A DNA stretch of 64,000 nt. Source: Candidatus Peribacteria bacterium (GTDB lineage: Bacteria; Patescibacteriota; Gracilibacteria; UBA1369; UBA12463). The stretch is taken from positions 11,343 to 75,342 of the forward strand of contig CALREA010000003.1 of the NCBI GenBank assembly GCA_943355055.1. The letters are read 5' to 3'. This document shows, piece by piece, positions 21,813 to 30,352 of this stretch. How positions within the stretch are numbered: position 1 is the first letter of the stretch; each line of letters opens with the position of its first letter. The notes beneath the pieces are model-generated. The model was not told the DNA's origin. It made no database searches and was given only the letters and a program-made list of their open reading frames with translations. The position numbers were made by a program, and so were the translations under genes.

Positions 21813-24413
21813 ATGTCTTCTTTTTTCTCTATTATTATCGGCGGCGTGATTGGCACTTATGTGCTTTTCGTTCTTGTTGTTCTGTTTTTCCACTGGTTTA
21901 TGCGCTTTCAGCAGTACCGTCTGCGACGACGTCAACGCTGGATCGTGATGTCTGTTCGCGTGCCGAAGGAGAGTGAGCTGGGTCCGATTGCCGCCGAGCA
22001 AATTCTTACAACATTTCATAGTATCAATTATGAACTTAGTTTTTTGGATCGCATGATGGGTCTTTCGTCCGATCAGGTGAGCTTGGAGGTGGCGAATGTG
22101 AATAATGCCATTACTTTTTATGTTACGTGTCCAAAAAAGTTAAAAAATCTTGTCGAGGGTCAAGTATACGCGCAGTATCCGGATGTAGAAATTGAGCAGG
22201 TGCAGGATTATGCTGACGAAAGAGTGGTACGTTCATCGCGAGGCGGTATGAATGCTGAACTTTTTAAAAATGCCGTTGGAGTGGAATTGGAGCTTGAGGG
22301 GCCGGATTTTGATCCAATTAAGCGATATCCACAGTTTGAGGATCGAGTGAACAAAGTTTATATTGATCCGATGGCGGGTATTACTTCCGCTCTGGCAAAG
22401 TTGAATGATCCGTCTGAGCAGGTATGGCTCCAGATCATGTTGCGACCACTCGATGATACATGGAGGCTGTGGTACACGCGTACCGCTTGGATGATGAATC
22501 AGAAGGTTTTTGCCAATATCGAGCGATTGCAAGATATCTATGCTGATGTTATTTGTACGAGAAAGATGTATTTGAGGGTTATTTTTTTCCCATTTTACTC
22601 CTATTTTTGGCTTAGAATATTATTTACCGGATCAGGGAAAAATCTTTTTGCATTGGATGGGGTGGATTCAGATGTTATCGATGAAGGCACTTCAAAAATG
22701 CATGAAAAGGAGACGGCAGATACCGGAAGAATGGATAAAATCGCAAAGTTGCTTTATGAAGTCAATATTCGCATCGTGTACCTTCCAAAGGATAAGGAAG
22801 ATGACGCGACCGAGGCTAAGTTACAGGAAATTGTCGGCTCGTTTAAGCAGTTTAATCTACCGTATTTGAATGGTATTCAGGATAGAGAGTACATTATGAA
22901 TCCTTCAATCTTGGAGCGGTATCGTATGCGATGGATGGATAATCCTTTTGTGTTGAATAGCGAAGAGTTGGCGACGATATGGCATTTACCTAATTTACTC
23001 GTGCAAACCCCGCTGATCTCATGGGTACGTTCGAAGAAGATGGAGCCACCCTCCGATCTGCCGAAGCCTTCCAACACCGATATGGGTGACTTGACGATGC
23101 TTGGTAAGACAGACTTCCGTGGTATGCATGATGAATTTGGTATACATACGCTTGATCGTCGAAGGCATATTTATATCATTGGGAAGACAGGCATGGGCAA
23201 GTCTACATTATTAGAGAATATGATTTATTCTGACGTGATGGCGGGGAAGGGTGTTGGCTTGATTGACCCACACGGCGACACGGCTGATCGTGTGCTTGAT
23301 TTCATTCCGGCGCACCGAACGAATGATGTGATTGTGATCGACCCCTCGGATCGAGACTTCCCGGTGGCATTTAATATGTTGGATAATGTTGATCCGGCTC
23401 TTAATTCGATTGTCTGTTCGGGCTTGGTTGGTATTTTCAAGAAGTTGTATGCCGAGAGTTGGGGTCCCCGTCTGGAACATATTCTTCGTAATACTATTTT
23501 GGCCCTGCTGGAATATCCGAGTGCGACGATGTTGGGGATCACTCGGATGCTGCAGGATGCCGATTTCCGGGCAAAAGTAATTAAAAAAATAGATGATCCC
23601 ATCGTCAAAGGGTTCTGGCTAAATGAGTTTGAAAAGTATGGTGAGAAACAGCGCATGGAGGCCATTTCTCCGGTATTGAACAAGGTCGGACAGTTCCTCT
23701 CCAGCTCTATCATGCGCAATATCGTGGGTCAGCCCAAGAGCGAGATCGACTTGCGCTATGCTATGGATCATCAGCGGATTGTTATTGTGAATTTGTCCAA
23801 AGGGAAAATTGGGGAGGACAACTCAGCGCTGCTCGGCTCGATGATTATTACCAAGTTCCAGCTGGACGCGATGAGTCGCGCGAATATTCCCGAGAAGGAT
23901 CGAGTGGACTTCTACCTCTATGTGGATGAGTTCCAGAACTTCGCTACGGATTCGTTTGCGACGATTCTGTCCGAAGCGCGTAAATATCGCCTGAATCTTA
24001 CCATGGCCAACCAGTACATTGCTCAGATGCCCGAGGAGGTCCGTGATGCGGTATTTGGTAACGTAGGTAGTACTGTGTCGTTCCAGGTCGGATTTGATGA
24101 TGCTGAGGTTATTTCTTCCCAATTTAGCGAGGAGGTGATGCCACCTGACTTAGTCTCGATGAGCAAGTATACAGCGTATTCGAAACTTCTGATCGATGGT
24201 ATGCCTTCCAAAACCTTTTCGTTGAACACGATGCCTCCAGTTGAGTTGGATATTGAGGCTGGTCGTCGTGATAAAATTATCCGTATCTCGCGTGAGCGCT
24301 ATAGTCAGACCCGTGAGGTGGTGGAGGACAAGATCAAGCGTTGGTCAGCTAATACGAATGTGAATATGAACAAGGATGATGGGCCTCGTGCCGATACTTC
24401 CGAAGAGCCGTGA
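21813..24413 (+). CDS. TraG/TraD/VirD4-like (HerA/FtsK superfamily) ATPase with long N-terminal domain
   Basis: Walker A GKTGMGKS, IDPHGD, Walker B LYVDEFQNF, SEARKY, ANQYIAQ; N-terminal TM. Confidence 0.88.
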   Translation: MSSFFSIIIGGVIGTYVLFVLVVLFFHWFMRFQQYRLRRRQRWIVMSVRVPKESELGPIAAEQILTTFHSINYELSFLDRMMGLSSDQVSLEVANVNNAITFYVTCPKKLKNLVEGQVYAQYPDVEIEQVQDYADERVVRSSRGGMNAELFKNAVGVELELEGPDFDPIKRYPQFEDRVNKVYIDPMAGITSALAKLNDPSEQVWLQIMLRPLDDTWRLWYTRTAWMMNQKVFANIERLQDIYADVICTRKMYLRVIFFPFYSYFWLRILFTGSGKNLFALDGVDSDVIDEGTSKMHEKETADTGRMDKIAKLLYEVNIRIVYLPKDKEDDATEAKLQEIVGSFKQFNLPYLNGIQDREYIMNPSILERYRMRWMDNPFVLNSEELATIWHLPNLLVQTPLISWVRSKKMEPPSDLPKPSNTDMGDLTMLGKTDFRGMHDEFGIHTLDRRRHIYIIGKTGMGKSTLLENMIYSDVMAGKGVGLIDPHGDTADRVLDFIPAHRTNDVIVIDPSDRDFPVAFNMLDNVDPALNSIVCSGLVGIFKKLYAESWGPRLEHILRNTILALLEYPSATMLGITRMLQDADFRAKVIKKIDDPIVKGFWLNEFEKYGEKQRMEAISPVLNKVGQFLSSSIMRNIVGQPKSEIDLRYAMDHQRIVIVNLSKGKIGEDNSALLGSMIITKFQLDAMSRANIPEKDRVDFYLYVDEFQNFATDSFATILSEARKYRLNLTMANQYIAQMPEEVRDAVFGNVGSTVSFQVGFDDAEVISSQFSEEVMPPDLVSMSKYTAYSKLLIDGMPSKTFSLNTMPPVELDIEAGRRDKIIRISRERYSQTREVVEDKIKRWSANTNVNMNKDDGPRADTSEEP

Positions 24414-24489
24414 TGCGTGACTGTTGTGTGCGTAATTATAGTAGCAAAACTTTTTTCACCTCCTCGTCTTACTTCTTTTTCTTCTTCCC

Positions 24490-24864
24490 ATGCGCGCTGT
24501 TTCTACTGACAAGGCTCCTAAGGCTATCGGTCCCTATTCTCAAGCCGTCCGTTCTCGTGGATTACTATTTTGCTCCGGTCAGCTCCCTATGAGCGTTGAC
24601 GGTGCCATGATCGAGGGTACATTTGAAGAAAAGGTGGTTCAAATTTTGGAAAACCTGAAGGCTGTTGTTGAGGAAGCGGGTTCGTCATTTGGAAATGTCT
24701 TGAAGGTGACCGTGTTTATGGTCGACCTGAACCAGTTTGCTGAATTTAATGAGATCTATAGTCGCTATTTTGTAGATCACAAGCCGGCGAGATCGACGGT
24801 TCAGGTTGTTGCGTTGCCAAAGGGATCTCCACTCGAAATTGAGTGCATCGCGAAGGTGGTGTAG
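24490..24864 (+). CDS. ridA: RidA/YjgF enamine deaminase
   Basis: APKAIGPYSQA, FCSGQLP, KPARSTVQV..LP....EIE. Confidence 0.95.
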   Translation: MRAVSTDKAPKAIGPYSQAVRSRGLLFCSGQLPMSVDGAMIEGTFEEKVVQILENLKAVVEEAGSSFGNVLKVTVFMVDLNQFAEFNEIYSRYFVDHKPARSTVQVVALPKGSPLEIECIAKVV

Positions 24865-24907
24865 GGGCATGTTAAAAGAATCTTTGCGATTCAAATAGAA
24901 AACTTTT

Positions 24908-25267
24908 TTAATTTTGTTTAGTATAACAATTTTCCGCTTCCCTGGTAATGGTAAGGCCATCTACTTTGCAGTTTCTCATGCTAAAATCAGTTTGTATATT
25001 GGAGAATTTGCACTTTATAAAGTTGCAATTATTAAACGATACGCCAACCAGGGCTAAATTTCTAAATAGTACGTTATCGAATGTGCAGTTTATAAATGAT
25101 GAACTACAAAAATCCCCACCGAAAATTTTGCAATCCTTGAAGATACGGTCGGTTATATCTAAATCCATCAACGCATTTGCATCTTTTACTTCAAATTCGC
25201 CACTAATAACCTCTGTTGATTTTGTTAATAGTTTTTCGAATTGATCTTCGTTTTGATAGTTTGACAT
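24908..25267 (-). CDS. short pentapeptide-repeat protein
   Basis: F-x-N/D-C repeats (FKDC, FINCTF, FNNCNF, FIKCKF); AT-rich. Confidence 0.75.
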   Translation of the reverse strand: MSNYQNEDQFEKLLTKSTEVISGEFEVKDANALMDLDITDRIFKDCKIFGGDFCSSSFINCTFDNVLFRNLALVGVSFNNCNFIKCKFSNIQTDFSMRNCKVDGLTITREAENCYTKQN

Positions 25268-25323
25268 AATTCGTATGTTATTTCTAATTGTAATTATAGC
25301 AGTAAATGGTATATAGTAAAAGA

Positions 25324-25551
25324 AGAATGTTCTTTGACATTTTGGAATTCTCAGCGAGAGTGAAGTGTCTATCGTTTTATAGGTATTTCACTCTTGCTGA
25401 TAATGAAGCGGGCGAATAAAATTTTCATTTGAACTTGCTGCTCAAATTCTCCCTTTAATCGGGAATTTTTAGTAGCTTCTTGGTGCGTCCTTGTTTTTGT
25501 GCTCACTAAGGTAGTGAGTACTTCTTCAATAGTAATCGTGTTTTAGCACGA
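25324..25551 (+). ncRNA. putative structured RNA leader of unknown class
   Basis: Five to six consecutive hairpins including a 22-bp stem whose four non-WC pairs are all G-U on the + strand. Confidence 0.55.
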
Positions 25552-25564
25552 ACGGGGGATTTTC

Positions 25565-25870
25565 ATGAGTAATACATATCGCCATGGTGGATATACTGTG
25601 TCGGAAGGTGAATGGACGCCTTGGTATACTTTTGCGGGCATGCTTGAAAAGGTGAAGCATGAAGGTGGATGGGAGCATATCTTGCGGAGCAATCTTGATG
25701 AGCCCGATCCTGATGCAAATCACATCCATACCAAACAGAAGCCGAATGGCAGTGGAGGTTATACTGTTGTCCTTTGTCGCGTGAAGATCGATGACATGGG
25801 GTCAATCAATAGGCGTAAGCTTATTGAGGCTGTTAATTTCTGTACCGGGCTTGACCTGGATTATCGTTAG
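25565..25870 (+). CDS. hypothetical protein (101 aa)
   Basis: ATG with GGGGGA Shine-Dalgarno-like site; internal repeat GGYTV x2. Confidence 0.65.
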   Translation: MSNTYRHGGYTVSEGEWTPWYTFAGMLEKVKHEGGWEHILRSNLDEPDPDANHIHTKQKPNGSGGYTVVLCRVKIDDMGSINRRKLIEAVNFCTGLDLDYR

Positions 25871-25979
25871 CTCAGCAGATTCCTCATTCAGTTTTATTAT
25901 CGGTATAGAATCATATTCATTCGTTTTTAGTCTTAGTCATCTACCAAGATGAGCAAAAGGCTTACTGATGTGTATGCAG

Positions 25980-26010
25980 GAGGGGGTGAGGTAACTTGCT
26001 CCCTCTTTTT
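25980..26010 (+). terminator. intrinsic terminator
   Basis: GAGGGGGTGAG-GTAA-CTTGCTCCCTC stem with GNRA loop followed by TTTTT. Confidence 0.7.
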
Positions 26011-26076
26011 CCTGTGTCTGTTCCAAATGTACTATTTCCCCCGGATATTCTTTTATTTCAGAATAGGGTCATATAT

Positions 26077-27264
26077 TTACCGATACAGTACCTCGATTCC
26101 CGGGAGCTTTTTGCCGCTGAGGAATTCGAGGGAGGCACCGCCGCCGGTGGAGACGTGTCCGAAGGATGAATCGGGGAAGCCTAAGGTTTTGAGCACTTCA
26201 GAGGTGTCGCCGCCGCCGATGACAGAGAAGCAGGTTGAGTGGATCTCGGAAACGGCTTGGGCGGCTGCACGGGTGCCGTTTTGGAAAGGTGCGAACTCGG
26301 TGAGGCCGAGGGGGCCGTTCCAGAGGATGGTTTGAGAATCGGCAATGATGGATTTGAACTTGTCGATAGTATCGGGACCGATGTCGAGAATTTTTGAGGT
26401 AGAGGATACGGCATCCACTGAGACGGTTTGTGTGGCTGCGGTGTTAGAAATTTCCGTAGCCGTGATGACGTCGGTTGGGAGAATGATTTGATCCGGGGTC
26501 ATAGCTTTTTCGAGAATGGAACGGGCGAGGTCGAGTTTATCTTGTTCGTAGAGGGATTGTCCTACTTGTTTGCCCTGAGCTGCCAGGAAGGTGTTCGCGA
26601 GACCACCTCCGATGAGGATGTGCTGGGCCTTTGGGATGAACTGCTCGATGAGTGGAATCTTATCTTTGATTTTTGCTCCGCCAACAATGACCGTGAATGG
26701 CTGGTTTGGATTGGTGATGAGCGGTTCAAGTGCGGTGACTTCTTTCTCTACGAGGAGGCCGGAGTATGCGGGGAGGATGGTGCCGACGCCGAAGGCGGAG
26801 GCATGAGCGCGGTGACTCACTCCGAATCCATCGTTTACAAATACTTCACCTAGCTTGGCTAACTGCTTTGTAAATTCGACATTATTTGTTTCTTCGCCGG
26901 GATAAAAACGTGTGTTTTCCAACATAATAATCTCACCATCCTGCATGATGCTTACCTCCTTTTCCACTTCAGCACCAATGCATTCATTCATTTTTTTTAC
27001 CGGTTTATTCAGGAGCTGCGAGAGGTGAGTGGCGACCATATTGAGCCGTAAATTTTCAACAACTTTTCCATCCGGACGTCCGAGGTGGCTCATAATAATC
27101 AGACGTCCGCCTTTTTCTAATAAATAATTTATCGTCGGAAGAGCCTTGGTTATGCGCGAATCGTCCTGAATATTTCCGGCATCGTCGGTTGGGACGTTGA
27201 AGTCCACGCGAAGAAGAATACGTTTACCTTTTGGATCAAAGTCGCGGATAGTTTTGAGCGTCAT
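26077..27264 (-). CDS. pgk: phosphoglycerate kinase
   Basis: RVDFNVP, SHLGRP, GGAKIKDK, WNGP.G..E, STGGGASLEFL. Confidence 0.98.
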   Translation of the reverse strand: MTLKTIRDFDPKGKRILLRVDFNVPTDDAGNIQDDSRITKALPTINYLLEKGGRLIIMSHLGRPDGKVVENLRLNMVATHLSQLLNKPVKKMNECIGAEVEKEVSIMQDGEIIMLENTRFYPGEETNNVEFTKQLAKLGEVFVNDGFGVSHRAHASAFGVGTILPAYSGLLVEKEVTALEPLITNPNQPFTVIVGGAKIKDKIPLIEQFIPKAQHILIGGGLANTFLAAQGKQVGQSLYEQDKLDLARSILEKAMTPDQIILPTDVITATEISNTAATQTVSVDAVSSTSKILDIGPDTIDKFKSIIADSQTILWNGPLGLTEFAPFQNGTRAAAQAVSEIHSTCFSVIGGGDTSEVLKTLGFPDSSFGHVSTGGGASLEFLSGKKLPGIEVLYR

Positions 27265-27293
27265 GAGTATAATAGTTAAAGGTCGCCGATATT

Positions 27294-27761
27294 CTACGCA
27301 CGAAATGTTGCCATTTCAACTGCTGCTTGCGCAAATTCTTTTCCCTTATTCATTTTGGTCTTTTCAACTCTTTCTTTTGCTTGTTTTTCGTTTTCTACCG
27401 CCAAGACTCCGAAGATGATAGGCGTGTCTTCATCGAGCGTTACCTCCATTAATCCCTGATATGCCGTCTCTACGACAAGATCAAAATGTTTCGTCCCTCC
27501 GCGGATAACAACTCCTAAAGCGATAATGGCATGAAATTTTTTCGAAAGGGCGATTTTTAGGGCTGCAAATGGCAGCTCAAGTGTGCCAGGTACGCGATAT
27601 ACTTGTACATTTTTTATTCCTAACTCCTTGAGCTCATTTTGAGTATTGAGCAGGAGTTTTTGACCAAGCTCATCATTGAAGCGCGGGAGAATAATGGCTA
27701 TTTTTAGACCTTTATTCGTGCTTTTCCTTAATTTTACCTGAGTAGATTTATTGAGTTTCAT
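27294..27761 (-). CDS. ribH: 6,7-dimethyl-8-ribityllumazine synthase
   Basis: RFN, VPGTLELP, LGVVIRGGTKHFD, PIIFGVL, NKGKE.A.AAVEM. Confidence 0.95.
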   Translation of the reverse strand: MKLNKSTQVKLRKSTNKGLKIAIILPRFNDELGQKLLLNTQNELKELGIKNVQVYRVPGTLELPFAALKIALSKKFHAIIALGVVIRGGTKHFDLVVETAYQGLMEVTLDEDTPIIFGVLAVENEKQAKERVEKTKMNKGKEFAQAAVEMATFRA

Positions 27762-27770
27762 ATTTTTATG

Positions 27771-28229
27771 TTATAAATGTTTTTTCTTATAAAAATGTAT
27801 GCAGAGCGTGATGATAAGAGATGGAATAAATGAGAGTCCGATAAATACGGAGAGGGGGAGTGATATGGCGACTAATCCGAATAGACCTTCAATCACGTTT
27901 CCGTTTCTTCCTAGGAAGGTATTTATAACAATTTGAATGATAATTGATAGAGTGGCTGGAATAATTATGATTCCTATCATACATAGTCCTGTAATCGATA
28001 TATTTTTGTAACTTTTAATTTTGAGCTTATGAAACAGGAGGGTACCTATCGCTGCTCCGATAATGATTCCCAATATGGCTCCATATTGTGCGCCGGTTTC
28101 ATAGTTGTTAAAGACATTTATTCCCATGACGAGCCCTACCGCAAAACCAATTGCGGCCCATATCATTCCCATAAGTGTACCCGCTAGACATTGCGCCATG
28201 ATTTTCCAATGAGCTTCTTTTATCATCAT
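27771..28229 (-). CDS. hypothetical 4-TM membrane protein
   Basis: Hydrophobic Gly-rich helices; AT-rich; lies between ribE and ribH. Confidence 0.65.
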   Translation of the reverse strand: MMIKEAHWKIMAQCLAGTLMGMIWAAIGFAVGLVMGINVFNNYETGAQYGAILGIIIGAAIGTLLFHKLKIKSYKNISITGLCMIGIIIIPATLSIIIQIVINTFLGRNGNVIEGLFGLVAISLPLSVFIGLSFIPSLIITLCIHFYKKKHL

Positions 28230-28242
28230 TATTTTTTTAAAA

Positions 28243-28869
28243 TTAAATTAAATTTCTCTCTTTAAGAAAATGATACTTTGCCTCGCCTTCTTTTTCGTAG
28301 GTCATACGTTCGAGATAGCGGGAGATGAGGTCAATTTCGATATTTACCTCATTTCCAACTTTTGCATGTTTCATGTTGGTTGATTCGATGGTGTGGGGGA
28401 TGAGTGAGACCTGAAATGTGGTGTCCTCAAGTTTGGAAATCGTCAGGCTGATACCATTGATGGTGACTGAGCCTTTGAAGGCGAGGTACCGGGCGAGGTC
28501 AGGTGGGAAGGTGACAGTGATTTCGTGTTTGTCGTTTACGGATGAGATTGTGCCTGTTCCGTCTACGTGACCTTGAACCAGATGGCCGTCGATTCCCTTA
28601 GAGAGAGTGAGGGAAGTTTCGAGGTTAACCTCGGTATTTGTCAGATAATTTTTGGCGATTGTTCGCTCAATCGTCTCCGGAATGGCATCAAATATGAGTG
28701 TATCGCCATTTTTTGAACGCACTGTCAAGCATACGCCGTCCATGGAGACTGAGTCTCCGATGCTCGCTTTTGAAGCTGTTTTTGGAGCCAAAATTGAAAA
28801 TGTAACTATGTCATTTTCTTTTGTGATGGTCTTCATTTGTCCTAATTCTTCGGTTATACCCGTGAACAT
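28243..28869 (-). CDS. ribE: riboflavin synthase (alpha type)
   Basis: MFTGI start, DGVCLTV, GHLVQGHVDG, NGISLT, VNIE.D. Confidence 0.96.
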   Translation of the reverse strand: MFTGITEELGQMKTITKENDIVTFSILAPKTASKASIGDSVSMDGVCLTVRSKNGDTLIFDAIPETIERTIAKNYLTNTEVNLETSLTLSKGIDGHLVQGHVDGTGTISSVNDKHEITVTFPPDLARYLAFKGSVTINGISLTISKLEDTTFQVSLIPHTIESTNMKHAKVGNEVNIEIDLISRYLERMTYEKEGEAKYHFLKERNLI

Positions 28870-28963
28870 GGCTCAATTGTAACGTTTTATTCAAGGAAAT
28901 GTAAGAAAAAGTTTAGGACGGGGTGCTAAGGTTCCAGATACTTATTTCTTAATCCTTTTTATT

Positions 28964-29371
28964 ATGAAAGGTTACAACAAGGTTATGCTCATTGGTCGAC
29001 TGGCCGCCGACCCGGAGCTCCGTCAGACGACTACCGGCCGCTCCGTAGCGAGTTTTGCTCTCGCCGTACATCGTCAGTCCGTGAAGGAGCCGAATAACGC
29101 GGACTTCCATCAGGTTGTGGCGTGGAGCAAGTTGGCGGATTTCTGTTCCCGTATCTTGAAGAAAGGGATGACGGTTTTTATCACTGGAAAGCTGGTGAAG
29201 CATTCTTATGAAGGCAAGAATGGCAAGCAGTTCGCTACTGAGGTTATTCTCCAGGATGTAAATATCTTGACCTGGAAGGGGAGGGAGTCTGTCGTGGAGG
29301 ATCCCGCAGATGACGATATTGAAGAGGTAGAGGTGTCAGGCGATGAGTTGTCTGCTACAATACTTGCGTGA
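28964..29371 (+). CDS. ssb: single-stranded DNA-binding protein (short)
   Basis: NKVMLIGRLAADPELRQT, FHQVVAW, ATEV. Confidence 0.92.
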   Translation: MKGYNKVMLIGRLAADPELRQTTTGRSVASFALAVHRQSVKEPNNADFHQVVAWSKLADFCSRILKKGMTVFITGKLVKHSYEGKNGKQFATEVILQDVNILTWKGRESVVEDPADDDIEEVEVSGDELSATILA

Positions 29372-30318
29372 TAAGCATTGTTATACCTACCTACAATCGG
29401 GCGGATATCCTGAAGGAGTGCTTGGAGCATCTGATGGTGCAAAAAACTGTAGATGGCTCAGGTGAACTTCATGATCAGTTCGAGGTTATCGTTGTAAATG
29501 ATGGTAGCATCGATACTACAGCGAGCGTCGTACAGGCGTTTGCGTCCAACGATCATCAGGTATCCGTCCGATACCTTGAGAAGAAAAACGAAGGACAGGG
29601 GATCGCGCGTAATGTAGGCGTGCGTGAGGCGAAAGGAGATATCATTGTATTTATTGGGGACGATATTCTGGTGGAACCGGATTTTGTGGCAAAACATCTT
29701 GCATTTCACCTAGCGCATCCTGAGATTTCAGCGGGCCTTCTTGGTTTTATCGAATGGGATCCACGTATGCCGAAAACTCCATTGTATACGTTCATGACTA
29801 ACGGCTCTCTGATTTTTGGTCGTTACGGAGGACATCAATTTGCTTTTGAAAAGTTAGAAGGAAAAACGGAGGCAAGTTATGATTTTTTCTATACCTCAAA
29901 TATATCGCTCAAGAAAGAGCTTCTATTGAAGTATCCTTTCGATGAGTCGTTTCTGAAATATGGCTGGGAAGATATTGAGCTTGGATATCGGCTTATGAAA
30001 GATGCAAAATTTCATTTGTTTTATGATAAATCTATCGTCGGTTATCACTTCCATCTGATTGATGAAGAGGGATTACGGAAGCGAATGTATGCTATCGGAA
30101 AGGCGGCGGTTCTGTTTGATCGGAAATATCCCGAGTTGGGAAAGGTTCCGAAACTTTTTAAGAAATGTATTTTTTGGCTTATATCAATCCCCCCCATTAT
30201 TTGGATATTTGATAAAGGTAGAGGCTTGTTCGGTGGGGCGTGGCACTACTGGTATTACTATCTTCTTTCAAAACGTTTTTTCTTGATGGGTTTGCAAGAC
30301 TTCCCGAAATCTCTATAA
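29368..30318 (+). CDS. glycosyltransferase family 2
   Basis: ISIVIPTYNR, VVNDGS.D, ARN.G, FIGDD, EDIELGYR. Confidence 0.93.
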   Translation: MISIVIPTYNRADILKECLEHLMVQKTVDGSGELHDQFEVIVVNDGSIDTTASVVQAFASNDHQVSVRYLEKKNEGQGIARNVGVREAKGDIIVFIGDDILVEPDFVAKHLAFHLAHPEISAGLLGFIEWDPRMPKTPLYTFMTNGSLIFGRYGGHQFAFEKLEGKTEASYDFFYTSNISLKKELLLKYPFDESFLKYGWEDIELGYRLMKDAKFHLFYDKSIVGYHFHLIDEEGLRKRMYAIGKAAVLFDRKYPELGKVPKLFKKCIFWLISIPPIIWIFDKGRGLFGGAWHYWYYYLLSKRFFLMGLQDFPKSL

Positions 30319-30352
30319 TACGAGTGACGTAATCGTCGATGAACTTCACTTC

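Noticed and set aside
25949..26335. 128-aa ORF downstream of the structured unit
   Set aside because: Runs through the terminator and antisense into pgk; no protein-like features.
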